DNA of 64,000 nt from an uncultured Flavobacteriales bacterium (lineage in GTDB: Bacteria; Bacteroidota; Bacteroidia; Flavobacteriales_G; Salibacteraceae). Shown in pieces: positions 19,411-30,156 of this stretch; the first letter of the stretch is position 1, and each line of letters opens with the position of its first letter. A program made the position numbers and the translations under genes. Location: assembly GCA_963925495.1 (NCBI GenBank), contig CAWUST010000006.1, positions 78,247 through 142,246 of the forward strand. Reading direction: 5' to 3'. The notes beneath the pieces were generated by a model. The model made no database searches and was not told the DNA's origin. It saw only the letters and a program-made list of their open reading frames with translations.

Positions 19411-20645
19411 AAGATAACTTATTTCGAAAAGATGCAATTGACAAATTGCAATCGCCTGACAGGCTGAATGAAATGGTTCGAATAATTTCACCAAACAATT
19501 GGATTGCTGTACTGTCTATTGCAGTATTGTTTGTTTTTATTGTAATCTGGAGTGTGCTAGGTCGGCTACCAATTAATGTTCAAGGAAATGGAATCCTTCT
19601 CAAATCGGGTGGGGTTATGGAGGTTCCTGCAATAGCAAACGGTCAGGTTTCAGAACTAATAATTAAGCCAGGAATGATAGTTCAAAAAGGGGAGATATTG
19701 GCAAAAGTTGCTCAACCAGAGCTGCAGCTAAAAATTGAACACATGGAACAGCAGTTGTTTCATTTAAAAAGTAAATACAAGACAATAAAAGGATTTGATG
19801 AACGTGATCTTGAATTAAAAAAAGAGCTGTTAAAAAAGAATGCGGAAAATAAAATGAAACGAATAGAGAAAAATATTGAACGTATTTCGTTTGTTGAAAC
19901 GCAAATTAAAGCAAGAGAAGAACTGTTGGATAAGGGTTTGATTACAACAGAAACTTTGAATCAAACTAAAATAATGAAGTTTGAGTTGGAACAACAAAAT
20001 TTGGTCCTTGCAAATGAATTGGAGGAGTTGCAACTGTCAATTTTTGAAATGTCTAAAGAAATTGAAATTGAACTAAATAATTTGGACGGACAAATAATTG
20101 CTTTAGAAGGAGAATTAGGTGAATTGCAAGCTCGTTATCAACTTAATTCTGAAATCAAGAGTCCTTATACTGGAAAGGTAGTTGAACTAATGGTTAATGC
20201 AGGAAGTATTGTTTCTCCGGGAAGCTTTCTTTTAAGTATGGAGCGAGATGATCTTAATGAGGAAATAGAAGCTATCGTTTACGTAAGCCCTCGTGAAGGA
20301 AAGAAAGTAAAAGTTGGCATGGATGTTAATATATCTCCCTCAACTGTTGAAGTTGAAAAGTTTGGCTATATCAAAGGAAAGGTTATTCAGGTTTCTGATT
20401 ATCCTGCCACATTTGAAGGAATGTTGAATACACTTCAGAATAAACAATTGGTAGAATCCTTCTTTAATGGAATGCCTCCTATTGCAGTTCGTGTAGGTTT
20501 AAAAACCAGTAGTAATATTTCTGGCTATGAATGGACATCGGGAGAAGGTCCAGATGTAGAAATTAAGTCTGGAACATTGTGTAATTCAAAAATAGTTGTT
20601 CAGAATAAGCGTCCTATAAGTCTAGTCTTACCTGTTGTTGATTAG
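19407..20645 (+). CDS. HlyD-family periplasmic adaptor (NHLM-bacteriocin-system secretion protein type)
   Basis: N-terminal LFRKDAIDKLQSPDRL plus one TM helix, lipoyl-like hairpin, long coiled coil, C-terminal beta-barrel. ATGA overlap with the TolC-like gene. Confidence 0.85.
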   Translation: MKDNLFRKDAIDKLQSPDRLNEMVRIISPNNWIAVLSIAVLFVFIVIWSVLGRLPINVQGNGILLKSGGVMEVPAIANGQVSELIIKPGMIVQKGEILAKVAQPELQLKIEHMEQQLFHLKSKYKTIKGFDERDLELKKELLKKNAENKMKRIEKNIERISFVETQIKAREELLDKGLITTETLNQTKIMKFELEQQNLVLANELEELQLSIFEMSKEIEIELNNLDGQIIALEGELGELQARYQLNSEIKSPYTGKVVELMVNAGSIVSPGSFLLSMERDDLNEEIEAIVYVSPREGKKVKVGMDVNISPSTVEVEKFGYIKGKVIQVSDYPATFEGMLNTLQNKQLVESFFNGMPPIAVRVGLKTSSNISGYEWTSGEGPDVEIKSGTLCNSKIVVQNKRPISLVLPVVD

Positions 20646-20654
20646 CATATTGCC

Positions 20655-22859
20655 ATGACGAATAAGCCATCAAAAGAAGAAAAGTTAATTTGGAATTCAT
20701 CCAAACCTAGGACGAAGACTGCTTCCGTTATACAACTTGAAGCCGTTGAGTGCGGAGCAGCAAGTCTGAAAATGGTGCTAGCTTACTTTGGTAGGTTCCA
20801 AACACTGGAAAAGTTAAGAGAAGATGCAGGAGTAAATCGTGATGGAAGTAAGGCAATCAATATTTTAAAAGCTGCCAGAAAACATGGAATGGAATGCAAG
20901 GGACTTAAAGTTGATGACTTAAGTGATCTCCTCGATATGAATTTTCCATTAATAATTCACTGGAATTTCAATCACTTTGTGGTTTTAGAAGGAATAAAAA
21001 ATGGTCGGTTTCACCTTAATGACCCTGCTATCGGTCACAGATCATTATCTTTTGATGAATTCAATGGGGCTTTTACCGGGATTGCATTAGAGTTTAAAAA
21101 AGGCCCTGACTTTGAGAAATCAGGAATTGAAGGGGGTTTAATTAGCGGATTAAAACTTCGCCTAAAAGGATACGAGAATACAATCACATACTTGTTCACG
21201 GTAGGATTGTTATTGGTTATTCCTGGATTAGTAATTCCGATTTTTTCGCGAGTATTTGTTGATGAAATATTGATAGGAAAAGCAGACGATTGGTTATGGC
21301 CTTTGGTAGCAGGAATGCTCTTGACTGCTGCTTTACGGGCAGTTTTACAACATTTAAAGCTTAGCGTATTATTAAAGGCTAAAAATAAACTCGAAGTAGT
21401 TACTTCGGCGCAATATTTCTGGCATTTACTTAAACTGCCTATCCAGTTCTTCCACCAACGAAACAAAGGTGAAATGGCTAGTAGAGTTGGGATAAATCGT
21501 AAAATAGCGGCTTTGATTACAGGTCAATTAGCAAAAAATTTATTGGATCTTGTTGTCATCGTTTTTTACTTTATTCTAATGCTTCAATATGATGTTCTGC
21601 TTTCAGTCATTACGATTGTTTTTGCAGCATTAAATATCGCAGCCTTAAAGTTGATAGGCCATGTAAGAATTGAAAAGTATTTCAGCTTGTCTGTTTCTTC
21701 TGGTAAATTATACGGAACAACTTTAGGAGGGATAAAGTCAATCGAAACCCTCAAAGCTATGGGTCGAGAAAATGATTTCTTCGTAAAGTGGAGCGGAAAT
21801 TTTACCAAAGTTTTTAATCAAACAATTGATCTTCGTTTATTCGAGATAAAATTTGGTTTGTTGCCAAGATCACTTAGTATTTTACAAGGCTCAATCATTC
21901 TGACCATTGGTGCTTGGAAAATAATGAATGGTGAAATAACAGTAGGTATGCTGGTTGCTTTTCAAAGCCTCGTGGTGAGCTTCTCTGGGCCTATTCAGAG
22001 TTTATTGAGACTCGGAAGTACCCTGCAGAAAATGGAAGGGGACATGAATCGTATTGATGATGTTATGCGCTCAGAGCCCGATCCTCAAGTTAAACGTTCG
22101 GTTCAGATTACAGAGGAGAATCTTGATGTTGTGTCCAAAAAATTAGAAGGGTATGTTGAGTTTAAAAATTTGACTTTTGGTTATAGTAAAGTCGCGCCAC
22201 CGTTAATTGAAAATTTCTCATTAAAAGTAAATCCCGGTGAACGTATAGCATTAGTAGGAGGTTCAGGAAGCGGAAAATCGACACTTGCCAAACTTATGAT
22301 TGGATTTTATGAGCCTTGGGAAGGTGAGATATTATTTGATGGCAAACCTCGAGCTCAAATTCCTAGACAGGTTATAAATAATTCTATGTCAATGGTTTCG
22401 CAGGATGTGTTTTTGTTCGAAGGCCCAGTTAGGGATGTCGTAAACTTATGGGATAGAAGTATAACTGATCAACAACTAATAAATGCATGTAAAGATGCCG
22501 CTATTCATGACATCATTAGTACAAAAACTGGTGGATATGATTTTATGGTTGGCGAGGGTGGTAAAAATTTTAGTGGAGGTCAACGTCAGCGCATAGAAAT
22601 CGCAAGGTCTTTAGTGAACAACCCATCGATACTTATTCTTGATGAAGCTACAAGCGCATTAGACCCTACTACAGAACTTGAAATCGACACTAACATAAAA
22701 AAGAGAAAGTGTACAGTAGTAGTTGTTGCTCATCGACTTAGTACTATTAGAGATAGCGATGAAATCATTGTACTGGACCAAGGGAGAATAGTGGAAAGAG
22801 GAACTCACGAAGAGTTACTTAAAATGCAAGGGAAATATTCACATTTAATTAAAACTTAG
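20655..22859 (+). CDS. Peptidase-C39-containing ABC transporter (PCAT; leader-cleaving exporter)
   Basis: C39 triad candidates: Cys33 (QLEAVECGAAS), His (NHFVVLEG), Asp (LNDPA). Six-TM exporter domain. Walker A GGSGSGKST, signature FSGGQRQR, Walker B ILILDEATSALD. Confidence 0.9.
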   Translation: MTNKPSKEEKLIWNSSKPRTKTASVIQLEAVECGAASLKMVLAYFGRFQTLEKLREDAGVNRDGSKAINILKAARKHGMECKGLKVDDLSDLLDMNFPLIIHWNFNHFVVLEGIKNGRFHLNDPAIGHRSLSFDEFNGAFTGIALEFKKGPDFEKSGIEGGLISGLKLRLKGYENTITYLFTVGLLLVIPGLVIPIFSRVFVDEILIGKADDWLWPLVAGMLLTAALRAVLQHLKLSVLLKAKNKLEVVTSAQYFWHLLKLPIQFFHQRNKGEMASRVGINRKIAALITGQLAKNLLDLVVIVFYFILMLQYDVLLSVITIVFAALNIAALKLIGHVRIEKYFSLSVSSGKLYGTTLGGIKSIETLKAMGRENDFFVKWSGNFTKVFNQTIDLRLFEIKFGLLPRSLSILQGSIILTIGAWKIMNGEITVGMLVAFQSLVVSFSGPIQSLLRLGSTLQKMEGDMNRIDDVMRSEPDPQVKRSVQITEENLDVVSKKLEGYVEFKNLTFGYSKVAPPLIENFSLKVNPGERIALVGGSGSGKSTLAKLMIGFYEPWEGEILFDGKPRAQIPRQVINNSMSMVSQDVFLFEGPVRDVVNLWDRSITDQQLINACKDAAIHDIISTKTGGYDFMVGEGGKNFSGGQRQRIEIARSLVNNPSILILDEATSALDPTTELEIDTNIKKRKCTVVVVAHRLSTIRDSDEIIVLDQGRIVERGTHEELLKMQGKYSHLIKT

Positions 22860-22863
22860 AAGT

Positions 22864-25767
22864 TTGGATAATCAATCCTTAATAAAAGAACTCAAGCGAA
22901 GAGGTCAAGAAAGAATTCAATCAGTGATTGACCCTTTTCTTTCTGTTGACCCTTCAAAAGTTCACTTTGTACTCCAAGGTTCTGTCAATCTTTCTACATC
23001 AAAAGTTGTTGAAGAAGACGCCTATGGTCGATTAGATAACTTCATACAAATTCCCGAAGGTGAGTTGATATTCGGCACTGCGATAGATTACGATAATAAC
23101 TTATCTTTTTTAGTGGATGTGGAGATTGAGTCTACTTTTATAGATATTGATATTCAATATATTAGAGAGCTTGCAAATTCAGTAGAATTTGGCCCAACGA
23201 TTATTACTCTTATCGAAACCTGGATTAATCGACTCTATGCAGGTGTTGCTGATGATACAAGCGTCAATATCCCTATTATTCATGATTTCTTAAGTTTTAA
23301 TACTTCCTATTGTGATCCTGAAAATTCAGTCGCTGGGAACAGGGAATTGACTTGGGTATTGTTTCATGAAATTGGAGAATGTAAATTTAATAGGCACCTA
23401 GAAGTAAATATAGATAATGTGATTTTCCCAGTTGGGACACGTTCATATTTGGTTTTTGAAGGTGGAGTGAAATTGACAACCCATCGAACCGCTGATATTA
23501 TTTCTAGAGATGAAATGTGGAATGGACTTTTAGAGTTAGGTCAAGTTGTCTTTAGAAGTGACGCACATGAAATTTTATTCAGAGAGGCTCAAGAAACAAG
23601 TAGACTAATTGAAAAGTATCAATTAGAATCCGACGATTTTTCCGAATCTTTAAAATCCTTTTCTCAAGTTTTTCAGAAAGATAAAGGACTACAAGTAGAT
23701 TTTGATTCTCATGATGACCTGTTTAACGCAGTTTCAATGGTCATGAAGTATGAAGAGATTAAAGTGTCTTTTCCAAAAGGGTTTTCTCAAAATGAAGATT
23801 TTTTATCTGAAATATGTCGCTATAACGGTATTCGTTATCGTGAAATTCTCTTGGAGCCAAATTGGTTTGAGAGAAATACAGAAGATGCATTTTTAGCCTT
23901 CATAAACAATGGGCAAGAGGATCCCCTTGCAGTTATTCCTCATAAAGGAAAATTGTCATTTGTTAATACCAAAACCCAAGAAATAGTAGAAGTAGACAAG
24001 GATAATGTGGGGTTGTTTAAACAAGAGGCCTATGTTTTTTATAGACCATTTCCTGCAGATCGACCAATTAAAATAAAGGACATTGTTGTGTTCACACTTG
24101 AAAAGAACAAAAAAGATTTAATCCGAGTCTTTGTCATGGGGTTTATTAGTAGCTTATTTATGCTATTGTTTCCAATCTTAACGGCTCAAATTTTTGATTT
24201 TGTTATTCCAAGCGCAGATAAAGGGCAATTGTTAAACATTGCCTTCGCATTAATTGCTATTTCCTTTGGAACGATTGGATTTGAGTTGGTGAAACAATTT
24301 GCTTTAATGCGCGCTGAGAACAGATTAGATTATAAGGCTCAATCTGCACTTTGGGATCGCTTGCTAAACCTTCCAAGTGATTTCTTTTCAAATTATAGCA
24401 CAGGAGACATGGCTTCAAGGTCCATGGGAATTAATCAAATGAAATCTATTATTTCGGGTGCAGCGATTACATCAGTCCTAGCTTTAGCTTTTTCAATTTT
24501 AAATTTAGGCCTTTTACTATACTATAGTGCCTCACTGGCAGGCTTAGCGATTGCATTTAGTCTAGTCCAAATTACGATTATAAGCTTATTTGCTCGACTT
24601 CAATTGAAGTTGCAGGCGAAGCTTATGAAAGAAGGTGGGAAATTGGAAGGTGTTGCTTTTCAAGTTCTAAATGGAATTTCACAATTTAGAGCGAGTGGTT
24701 CGGAGTCTAGAGCGTTCCTGTTCTGGTTTAAGGCTTTTATGAAAGCAAAGACAACGGCGATTGGACTGGCCAAGTTGCAAAATGCACAAGCAATACTTAA
24801 TTCCGTATTAGGTATTTTATCAAGCGTGTTTCTTTTTGTGATTGTTAAAACAACAACTAATGATTTAACAACTGGACAGTTTTTTGCTTTTCTTGCTGCT
24901 TACGGGGCATTTGTAGGTGCTATTATTGGATTAAGCTCTTCTCTTGTTCAAATCCTCAAACTTCCTGTTATTTACGATAGGCTAAGACCAATTTTAGAGA
25001 CGCTTCCGGAATGCGAAACATTGAAGGAAGCACCTACAAAATTCACAGGTTCTATCGAAATGAACAATATCAATTTTAGATATAAGGATGGTGCCCCATT
25101 GATTATAAAAGATTTAAGTATCTCAATAAAGAGCGGCGAGTATATTGCATTAGTAGGGCCATCTGGTTCAGGAAAATCTACACTTATACGGTTATTACTT
25201 GGATTTAATAAGTCTGAAGCAGGCTCTATTTATTTTGACAAGCAGGACATGGAAAATTACGATCCGAAAATGCTGCGTCGTCAAATGGGCGTAGTGCTTC
25301 AAGATGGTGATTTAATGTCTGGAGATATCTACACAAACATTGTTGGTTCATCTACTCAATTAACTAGAAATGACGCATGGGCAGCAGCGAGAGCAGCGGC
25401 ATTTGATAAAGACATTTTAAATATGCCAATGGGAATGCATACTATCGTTAATGAAGATGGTGGTACTCTTTCTGGTGGGCAAAAACAACGATTAATGATT
25501 GCGCGTGCTTTGGTGCATAATCCTAAGATATTAATTTTTGATGAAGCTACTAGTGCATTGGATAATGAAACACAGGCTATAGTTACTGCAAGTTTGGATA
25601 ATCTTAATGTAACAAGAATCGTTATTGCACACAGATTGTCTACAATTATTAATGCTGATAAAATTTACTATTTGGAAGGTGGTGAGTTAATTGAAAGTGG
25701 CTCTTTTGATGAATTAATGGAAATAAAGGGTCAATTCCATAAGCTAGCTGAACGTCAAATTGAGTAA
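22864..25767 (+). CDS. Second ABC exporter (TMD+NBD) with a ~415-aa non-peptidase N-terminal domain
   Basis: TTG start 4 nt after the PCAT stop, with no in-frame ATG for more than 200 codons. TM domain begins near aa 420. Walker A GPSGSGKST, signature LSGGQKQR, Walker B ILIFDEATSALD. Confidence 0.85.
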   Translation: MDNQSLIKELKRRGQERIQSVIDPFLSVDPSKVHFVLQGSVNLSTSKVVEEDAYGRLDNFIQIPEGELIFGTAIDYDNNLSFLVDVEIESTFIDIDIQYIRELANSVEFGPTIITLIETWINRLYAGVADDTSVNIPIIHDFLSFNTSYCDPENSVAGNRELTWVLFHEIGECKFNRHLEVNIDNVIFPVGTRSYLVFEGGVKLTTHRTADIISRDEMWNGLLELGQVVFRSDAHEILFREAQETSRLIEKYQLESDDFSESLKSFSQVFQKDKGLQVDFDSHDDLFNAVSMVMKYEEIKVSFPKGFSQNEDFLSEICRYNGIRYREILLEPNWFERNTEDAFLAFINNGQEDPLAVIPHKGKLSFVNTKTQEIVEVDKDNVGLFKQEAYVFYRPFPADRPIKIKDIVVFTLEKNKKDLIRVFVMGFISSLFMLLFPILTAQIFDFVIPSADKGQLLNIAFALIAISFGTIGFELVKQFALMRAENRLDYKAQSALWDRLLNLPSDFFSNYSTGDMASRSMGINQMKSIISGAAITSVLALAFSILNLGLLLYYSASLAGLAIAFSLVQITIISLFARLQLKLQAKLMKEGGKLEGVAFQVLNGISQFRASGSESRAFLFWFKAFMKAKTTAIGLAKLQNAQAILNSVLGILSSVFLFVIVKTTTNDLTTGQFFAFLAAYGAFVGAIIGLSSSLVQILKLPVIYDRLRPILETLPECETLKEAPTKFTGSIEMNNINFRYKDGAPLIIKDLSISIKSGEYIALVGPSGSGKSTLIRLLLGFNKSEAGSIYFDKQDMENYDPKMLRRQMGVVLQDGDLMSGDIYTNIVGSSTQLTRNDAWAAARAAAFDKDILNMPMGMHTIVNEDGGTLSGGQKQRLMIARALVHNPKILIFDEATSALDNETQAIVTASLDNLNVTRIVIAHRLSTIINADKIYYLEGGELIESGSFDELMEIKGQFHKLAERQIE

Positions 25768-26156
25768 CAGTGATTCTAACCTCTGAACGTTGAAAAAAAT
25801 GATGTTTATTTTAACTTTTAACTTAAAGAACAATTTCTGACATCGCAATCTTGATTTCTAATTCAACAAATCAGTGTTTTTTGCGCTTCATAACTGGTTG
25901 AAAACCTGATTTTTCGTCCAACTATTCGTAGGTTTTAAAGTTGATTGAAATAATTCCATTTTCATTTCTACAGAATGATATTTATTTCATAATACATAGT
26001 TGATAATCATAACTAGTGTATCTTGCTTGGTCAAAAAACTTGAGGTGTATTTTTATGTAATTACCAGAAAATCAGTTTTTTCTCCTAAAAAATCATGGTT
26101 AATTTTTTTGATGGAAAATAGTTTCTAAAGGGGTTATTTTAAAGGGATAAAAAACT

Positions 26157-26164
26157 TACATTTG
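26157..26164 (+). promoter_or_regulatory. Candidate -7 box (TACATTTG) of the rpsL operon promoter
   Basis: Exact TAnnTTTG match 58 nt upstream of the rpsL ATG. The -33 element is weak. Confidence 0.3.
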
Positions 26165-26221
26165 CCGGCTCTAAAAAAGAATGGGTAAATATTGCCCGAA
26201 TAATATAATATTTAGAACTAT

Positions 26222-26596
26222 ATGCCTACTATACAGCAGTTAGTTAGAAAAGGACGAAAGAGCAAGATTAAGACAAGTAAATCCGCTGCTCTTAATGCAT
26301 GCCCACAAAGACGTGGCGTGTGTGTACGTGTGTACACTACTACTCCAAAAAAACCAAACTCTGCAATGAGAAAAGTTGCAAGGGTTAGATTGTCAAACGG
26401 AAACGAAGTGAATAGTTATATAGGTGGGGAAGGTCATAACCTTCAAGAGCACTCTATTGTACTTGTTCGTGGAGGAAGGGTGAAAGATTTGCCTGGAGTT
26501 AGGTATCACGTTGTTCGTGGCGCTTTAGATACTGCAGGTGTTGAAGGTCGAACTCAAAGAAGGTCTAAGTACGGAACTAAAAGGCCTAAAAAATAA
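26222..26596 (+). CDS. rpsL: 30S ribosomal protein S12
   Basis: [12 protein letters not shown]...[10 protein letters not shown]...VRGG(R)[10 protein letters not shown] is the unmistakable S12 sequence. Confidence 0.98.
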   Translation: MPTIQQLVRKGRKSKIKTSKSAALNACPQRRGVCVRVYTTTPKKPNSAMRKVARVRLSNGNEVNSYIGGEGHNLQEHSIVLVRGGRVKDLPGVRYHVVRGALDTAGVEGRTQRRSKYGTKRPKK

Positions 26597-26611
26597 TTTG
26601 GAGATAGTAAA

Positions 26612-27079
26612 ATGAGAAAGTCAAAAGCTAGAGGGCATGAAATTGCTCCAGATCCGGTATATAACGACGTAATGGTTACCACTTTTGTGAATAATCTTAT
26701 GTTAGATGGAAAGAAGAATACGGCATTTAAAATATTCTATACTGCATTAGAACAGGTTGCTAAAAAAACGGAAGAAGATGGTTTGGAAGTATGGAAAAAG
26801 GCAGTTATTAATGTTACTCCTCAAGTAGAGGTGAGAAGTAGAAGAGTTGGTGGTGCAACATTTCAAATTCCACAAGAAATTAGAAACAGCCGAAAATTAT
26901 CTCAGGCAATGAAATGGATGATTTCTTTTGCAAGAAAAAGAAACGGACGTTCTATGGCAGAGAAGTTAGCAGATGAAATTGTTGCAGCTTCAAGAGAAGA
27001 AGGTGGCTCTTATAAAAAGAGAGAAGACACACATAGAATGGCTGATGCAAATAAGGCGTTTTCACATTTTAGATTTTAA
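26612..27079 (+). CDS. rpsG: 30S ribosomal protein S7
   Basis: 155 aa; S7 sequence ([16 protein letters not shown]) in the str operon position. Confidence 0.97.
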   Translation: MRKSKARGHEIAPDPVYNDVMVTTFVNNLMLDGKKNTAFKIFYTALEQVAKKTEEDGLEVWKKAVINVTPQVEVRSRRVGGATFQIPQEIRNSRKLSQAMKWMISFARKRNGRSMAEKLADEIVAASREEGGSYKKREDTHRMADANKAFSHFRF

Positions 27080-27100
27080 TAAAAGTTTATAAGATTTAAA

Positions 27101-29200
27101 ATGGCAAAAAGAGATTTAAAACTTACAAGGAATATTGGTATTATGGCTCACGTTGATGCTGGTAAAACTACCACAACGGAGCGTATTCTTTATTATACTG
27201 GAATAAGTCATAAAATTGGTGAAGTTCATGATGGCGCTGCTACTATGGATTGGATGGAACAAGAGCAAGAAAGAGGTATTACTATTACATCTGCTGCTAC
27301 TACTTGTTCATGGAATTACCGAGATACTGAATACAAGATAAATATTATTGATACCCCTGGTCACGTTGATTTTACTGTTGAAGTGGAGAGGTCTTTACGT
27401 GTATTGGATGGGGCAGTTGCGTTAATTTGTGCTGCTTCTGGAGTTGAGCCTCAGTCAGAAACTGTTTGGAGACAAGCAGATAAATATGGCGTGCCTCGTA
27501 TGATCTTCGTAAACAAAATGGATAGGGCTGGTGCCGATTTTTTCCGTTGTGTTGAAGAAGTTAAAGAAAGACTAGGTGGAAACCCGGTTCCTTTGCAAAT
27601 TCCTATTGGGGCAGAAGACGATTTTGCTGGTGTTGTTGATTTAATTAACAATCGTGGTATTGAATGGAACGAAGAGGACAAAGGAATGACTTGGAAGGAA
27701 ATTCCAATTCCTGAAGACTTGAAAGAAACTGTTGCTGAATGGAGGGAGAAATTAGTTGAGGCAGTAGCTGAAACTAATGATGAGTTGATGGAGAAGTTTT
27801 TTGAAGATCCAGATTCAATTACCGAAGCAGAGATGTTAGCAGCTATTAGAGAGGCTACTATAAATATGTCTATTCAGCCTGTAATGTGTGGTTCTGCCTT
27901 TAAAAACAAAGGTGTTCAAACCATGTTGGATGGGGTTATGGCATTTTTACCTTCTCCTTTAGACAAAGGAGCTGTAGAAGGTCATGATATTGATGATGAG
28001 GAAATAAAAATAAAACGTGAGCCTAATGTTGAGGAGCCGTTTACAGCTTTAGCTTTTAAAATTGCAACCGACCCTTATGTTGGTCGTTTGTGTTTTTTCC
28101 GTTGTTATTCTGGAAAATTAGATGCAGGTTCTTATGTGTTAAATACAAGAACTGGAAAAAAAGAGAGGATTTCTCGAATTTTCCAAATGCACTCTAATAA
28201 ACAAAATGCAATCCCTTCGATAGAAGCTGGTGATATAGGTGCCGGTGTTGGTTTTAAAGATATTAGAACTTGTGATACATTATGTGCGGAAAAACATCCT
28301 TTGGTTCTTGAATCAATGAGTTTCCCTGAACCAGTTATTGGAGTTGCAATTGAGCCTAAAACTCAAGCTGATGTAGATAAGATGGGTATTGCACTTGGAA
28401 AACTTTCTGAGGAAGATCCTACTTTTAAGGTAGCAACTGATGATGATTCTGGTCAGACCGTTATAAGTGGAATGGGTGAGTTACACCTTGAAATTCTTAT
28501 TGAAAGAATGAGAAGGGAGTTTAATGTTGATTGTAATCAAGGAGCTCCACAGGTTTCTTATAAAGAAGCAATTACTGCTAGCGTTGACCACAGAGAAATA
28601 TATAAGAAACAATCTGGTGGTCGTGGAAAATTTGCTGATATTGATTTTGTGGTTGAACCTGCAGAAGAAGGTAAATTAGGATTAGAATTCGTGAATAAAA
28701 TTAAAGGTGGAAATATTCCACGTGAATTTATTCCATCGATAGAAAAAGGTTTTAAAGATGCAATGTCTAATGGTCCTTTAGCGGGTTACCCTTTGGATTC
28801 ACTGAAAGTAACACTTAAGGATGGTTCTTTTCACGCAGTTGATTCAGATGCTTTATCATTTGAGATTTGCGCGAAATTAGCTTACAGAAATTCACTTAAA
28901 CACGCTAAACCAGTTTTACTGGAGCCAATTATGAAATTGGAAGTAGTAACACCAGAAGTGAATATGGGTGATATTGTAGCTGATTTAAATAGAAGAAGAG
29001 GGCAAATTCAAGGTATGGATAGTAAAGGAACTGCTCAAGTTGTAAAAGCTATAGTTCCATTATCTCAGATGTTTGGTTATGTTACGGCTATCAGAACTAT
29101 TTCTTCGGGTAGAGCAACATCCACCATGGAATTTTCACATTTTGAAGTTGTACCGACGAACATTGCAAAAGAAATTATTGAAAAAGTAACAGGAGCTTAA
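27101..29200 (+). CDS. fusA: Elongation factor G
   Basis: [32 protein letters not shown] GTPase motifs; 699 aa. Confidence 0.98.
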   Translation: MAKRDLKLTRNIGIMAHVDAGKTTTTERILYYTGISHKIGEVHDGAATMDWMEQEQERGITITSAATTCSWNYRDTEYKINIIDTPGHVDFTVEVERSLRVLDGAVALICAASGVEPQSETVWRQADKYGVPRMIFVNKMDRAGADFFRCVEEVKERLGGNPVPLQIPIGAEDDFAGVVDLINNRGIEWNEEDKGMTWKEIPIPEDLKETVAEWREKLVEAVAETNDELMEKFFEDPDSITEAEMLAAIREATINMSIQPVMCGSAFKNKGVQTMLDGVMAFLPSPLDKGAVEGHDIDDEEIKIKREPNVEEPFTALAFKIATDPYVGRLCFFRCYSGKLDAGSYVLNTRTGKKERISRIFQMHSNKQNAIPSIEAGDIGAGVGFKDIRTCDTLCAEKHPLVLESMSFPEPVIGVAIEPKTQADVDKMGIALGKLSEEDPTFKVATDDDSGQTVISGMGELHLEILIERMRREFNVDCNQGAPQVSYKEAITASVDHREIYKKQSGGRGKFADIDFVVEPAEEGKLGLEFVNKIKGGNIPREFIPSIEKGFKDAMSNGPLAGYPLDSLKVTLKDGSFHAVDSDALSFEICAKLAYRNSLKHAKPVLLEPIMKLEVVTPEVNMGDIVADLNRRRGQIQGMDSKGTAQVVKAIVPLSQMFGYVTAIRTISSGRATSTMEFSHFEVVPTNIAKEIIEKVTGA

Positions 29201-29211
29201 TATAGGACAAT

Positions 29212-29517
29212 ATGGCACAAAAAATTAGAATTAAACTCAAGTCTTACGATCATAATTTGGTTGACAAATCAGCTGAAAAGATTGTGAAAACGGTAAAGTC
29301 AACCGGTGCTGTAGTAAGCGGACCAATTCCACTTCCTACGCAAAAAAAAATATTTACAGTGTTGCGTTCGCCTCACGTAAATAAGAAAGCGAGAGAGCAA
29401 TTTGAGTTAAACGCATTTAAGCGTTTGCTAGATATTTACTCTTCGTCTTCAAAGACAGTAGATGCTTTAATGAAACTAGAATTACCTAGTGGAGTTGATG
29501 TAGAAATTAAAGTATAA
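29212..29517 (+). CDS. rpsJ: 30S ribosomal protein S10
   Basis: [14 protein letters not shown]...[15 protein letters not shown]. Confidence 0.97.
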   Translation: MAQKIRIKLKSYDHNLVDKSAEKIVKTVKSTGAVVSGPIPLPTQKKIFTVLRSPHVNKKAREQFELNAFKRLLDIYSSSSKTVDALMKLELPSGVDVEIKV

Positions 29518-29536
29518 AGATTAAAAAATAAAAAAA

Positions 29537-30154
29537 ATGCCTGGAATAATTGGTAGAAAAATCGGAATGACAAGTGTGTTCAATGAGGCTGGTAAAAACA
29601 TGCCTTGTACAGTCATTTCTGCTGGTCCTTGTGTAATAACACAATTGAGAACAGAAGAAATAGACGGATACACCGCTGTGCAAATTGGGTATGAAGAAAA
29701 AGCTGAAAAGCGTTCTTCCGCTGCTATTAAAGGTCATTTTAAAGCCGCTGGTACAACGCCCAAAAAACACGTAGTAGAGTTTAAGGGATTTGATCACGAG
29801 GTGAAAGCTGGTGACACAATAGATGTGAGCTTATTTAATGAAGGAGAGTTTGTTGATGTAACAGGAACTTCTAAAGGAAAAGGTTTTGCTGGAGTTATGA
29901 AAAGATATAACTTTAAAGGTGTTGGTGATGCTTCTCATGGTACGAAGGACGTAGGTAGAACCTCTGGTTCAATCGGAATGGCTTCTACACCTTCAAGAGT
30001 AATGAAGGGAATGAGAATGGCCGGAAGAATGGGGACTGATACTGTTAAAGTTCAGAACTTATTGATACTAAAAGTAATGGCTGATAAAAATCTAATTGTT
30101 GTTAAAGGAGCTGTACCGGGTCCTAAAGGTTCAATCGTTACAATTGAGAAGTAA
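29537..30154 (+). CDS. rplC: 50S ribosomal protein L3
   Basis: [13 protein letters not shown]...[11 protein letters not shown]10 operon order. Confidence 0.97.
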   Translation: MPGIIGRKIGMTSVFNEAGKNMPCTVISAGPCVITQLRTEEIDGYTAVQIGYEEKAEKRSSAAIKGHFKAAGTTPKKHVVEFKGFDHEVKAGDTIDVSLFNEGEFVDVTGTSKGKGFAGVMKRYNFKGVGDASHGTKDVGRTSGSIGMASTPSRVMKGMRMAGRMGTDTVKVQNLLILKVMADKNLIVVKGAVPGPKGSIVTIEK

Positions 30155-30156
30155 TT

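Noticed and set aside
29201-29211. No tuf gene after fusA, no adk between secY and map, and carA without carB
   Set aside because: These arrangements are the normal Bacteroidota layout as far as I know. They are not deletions or rearrangements.
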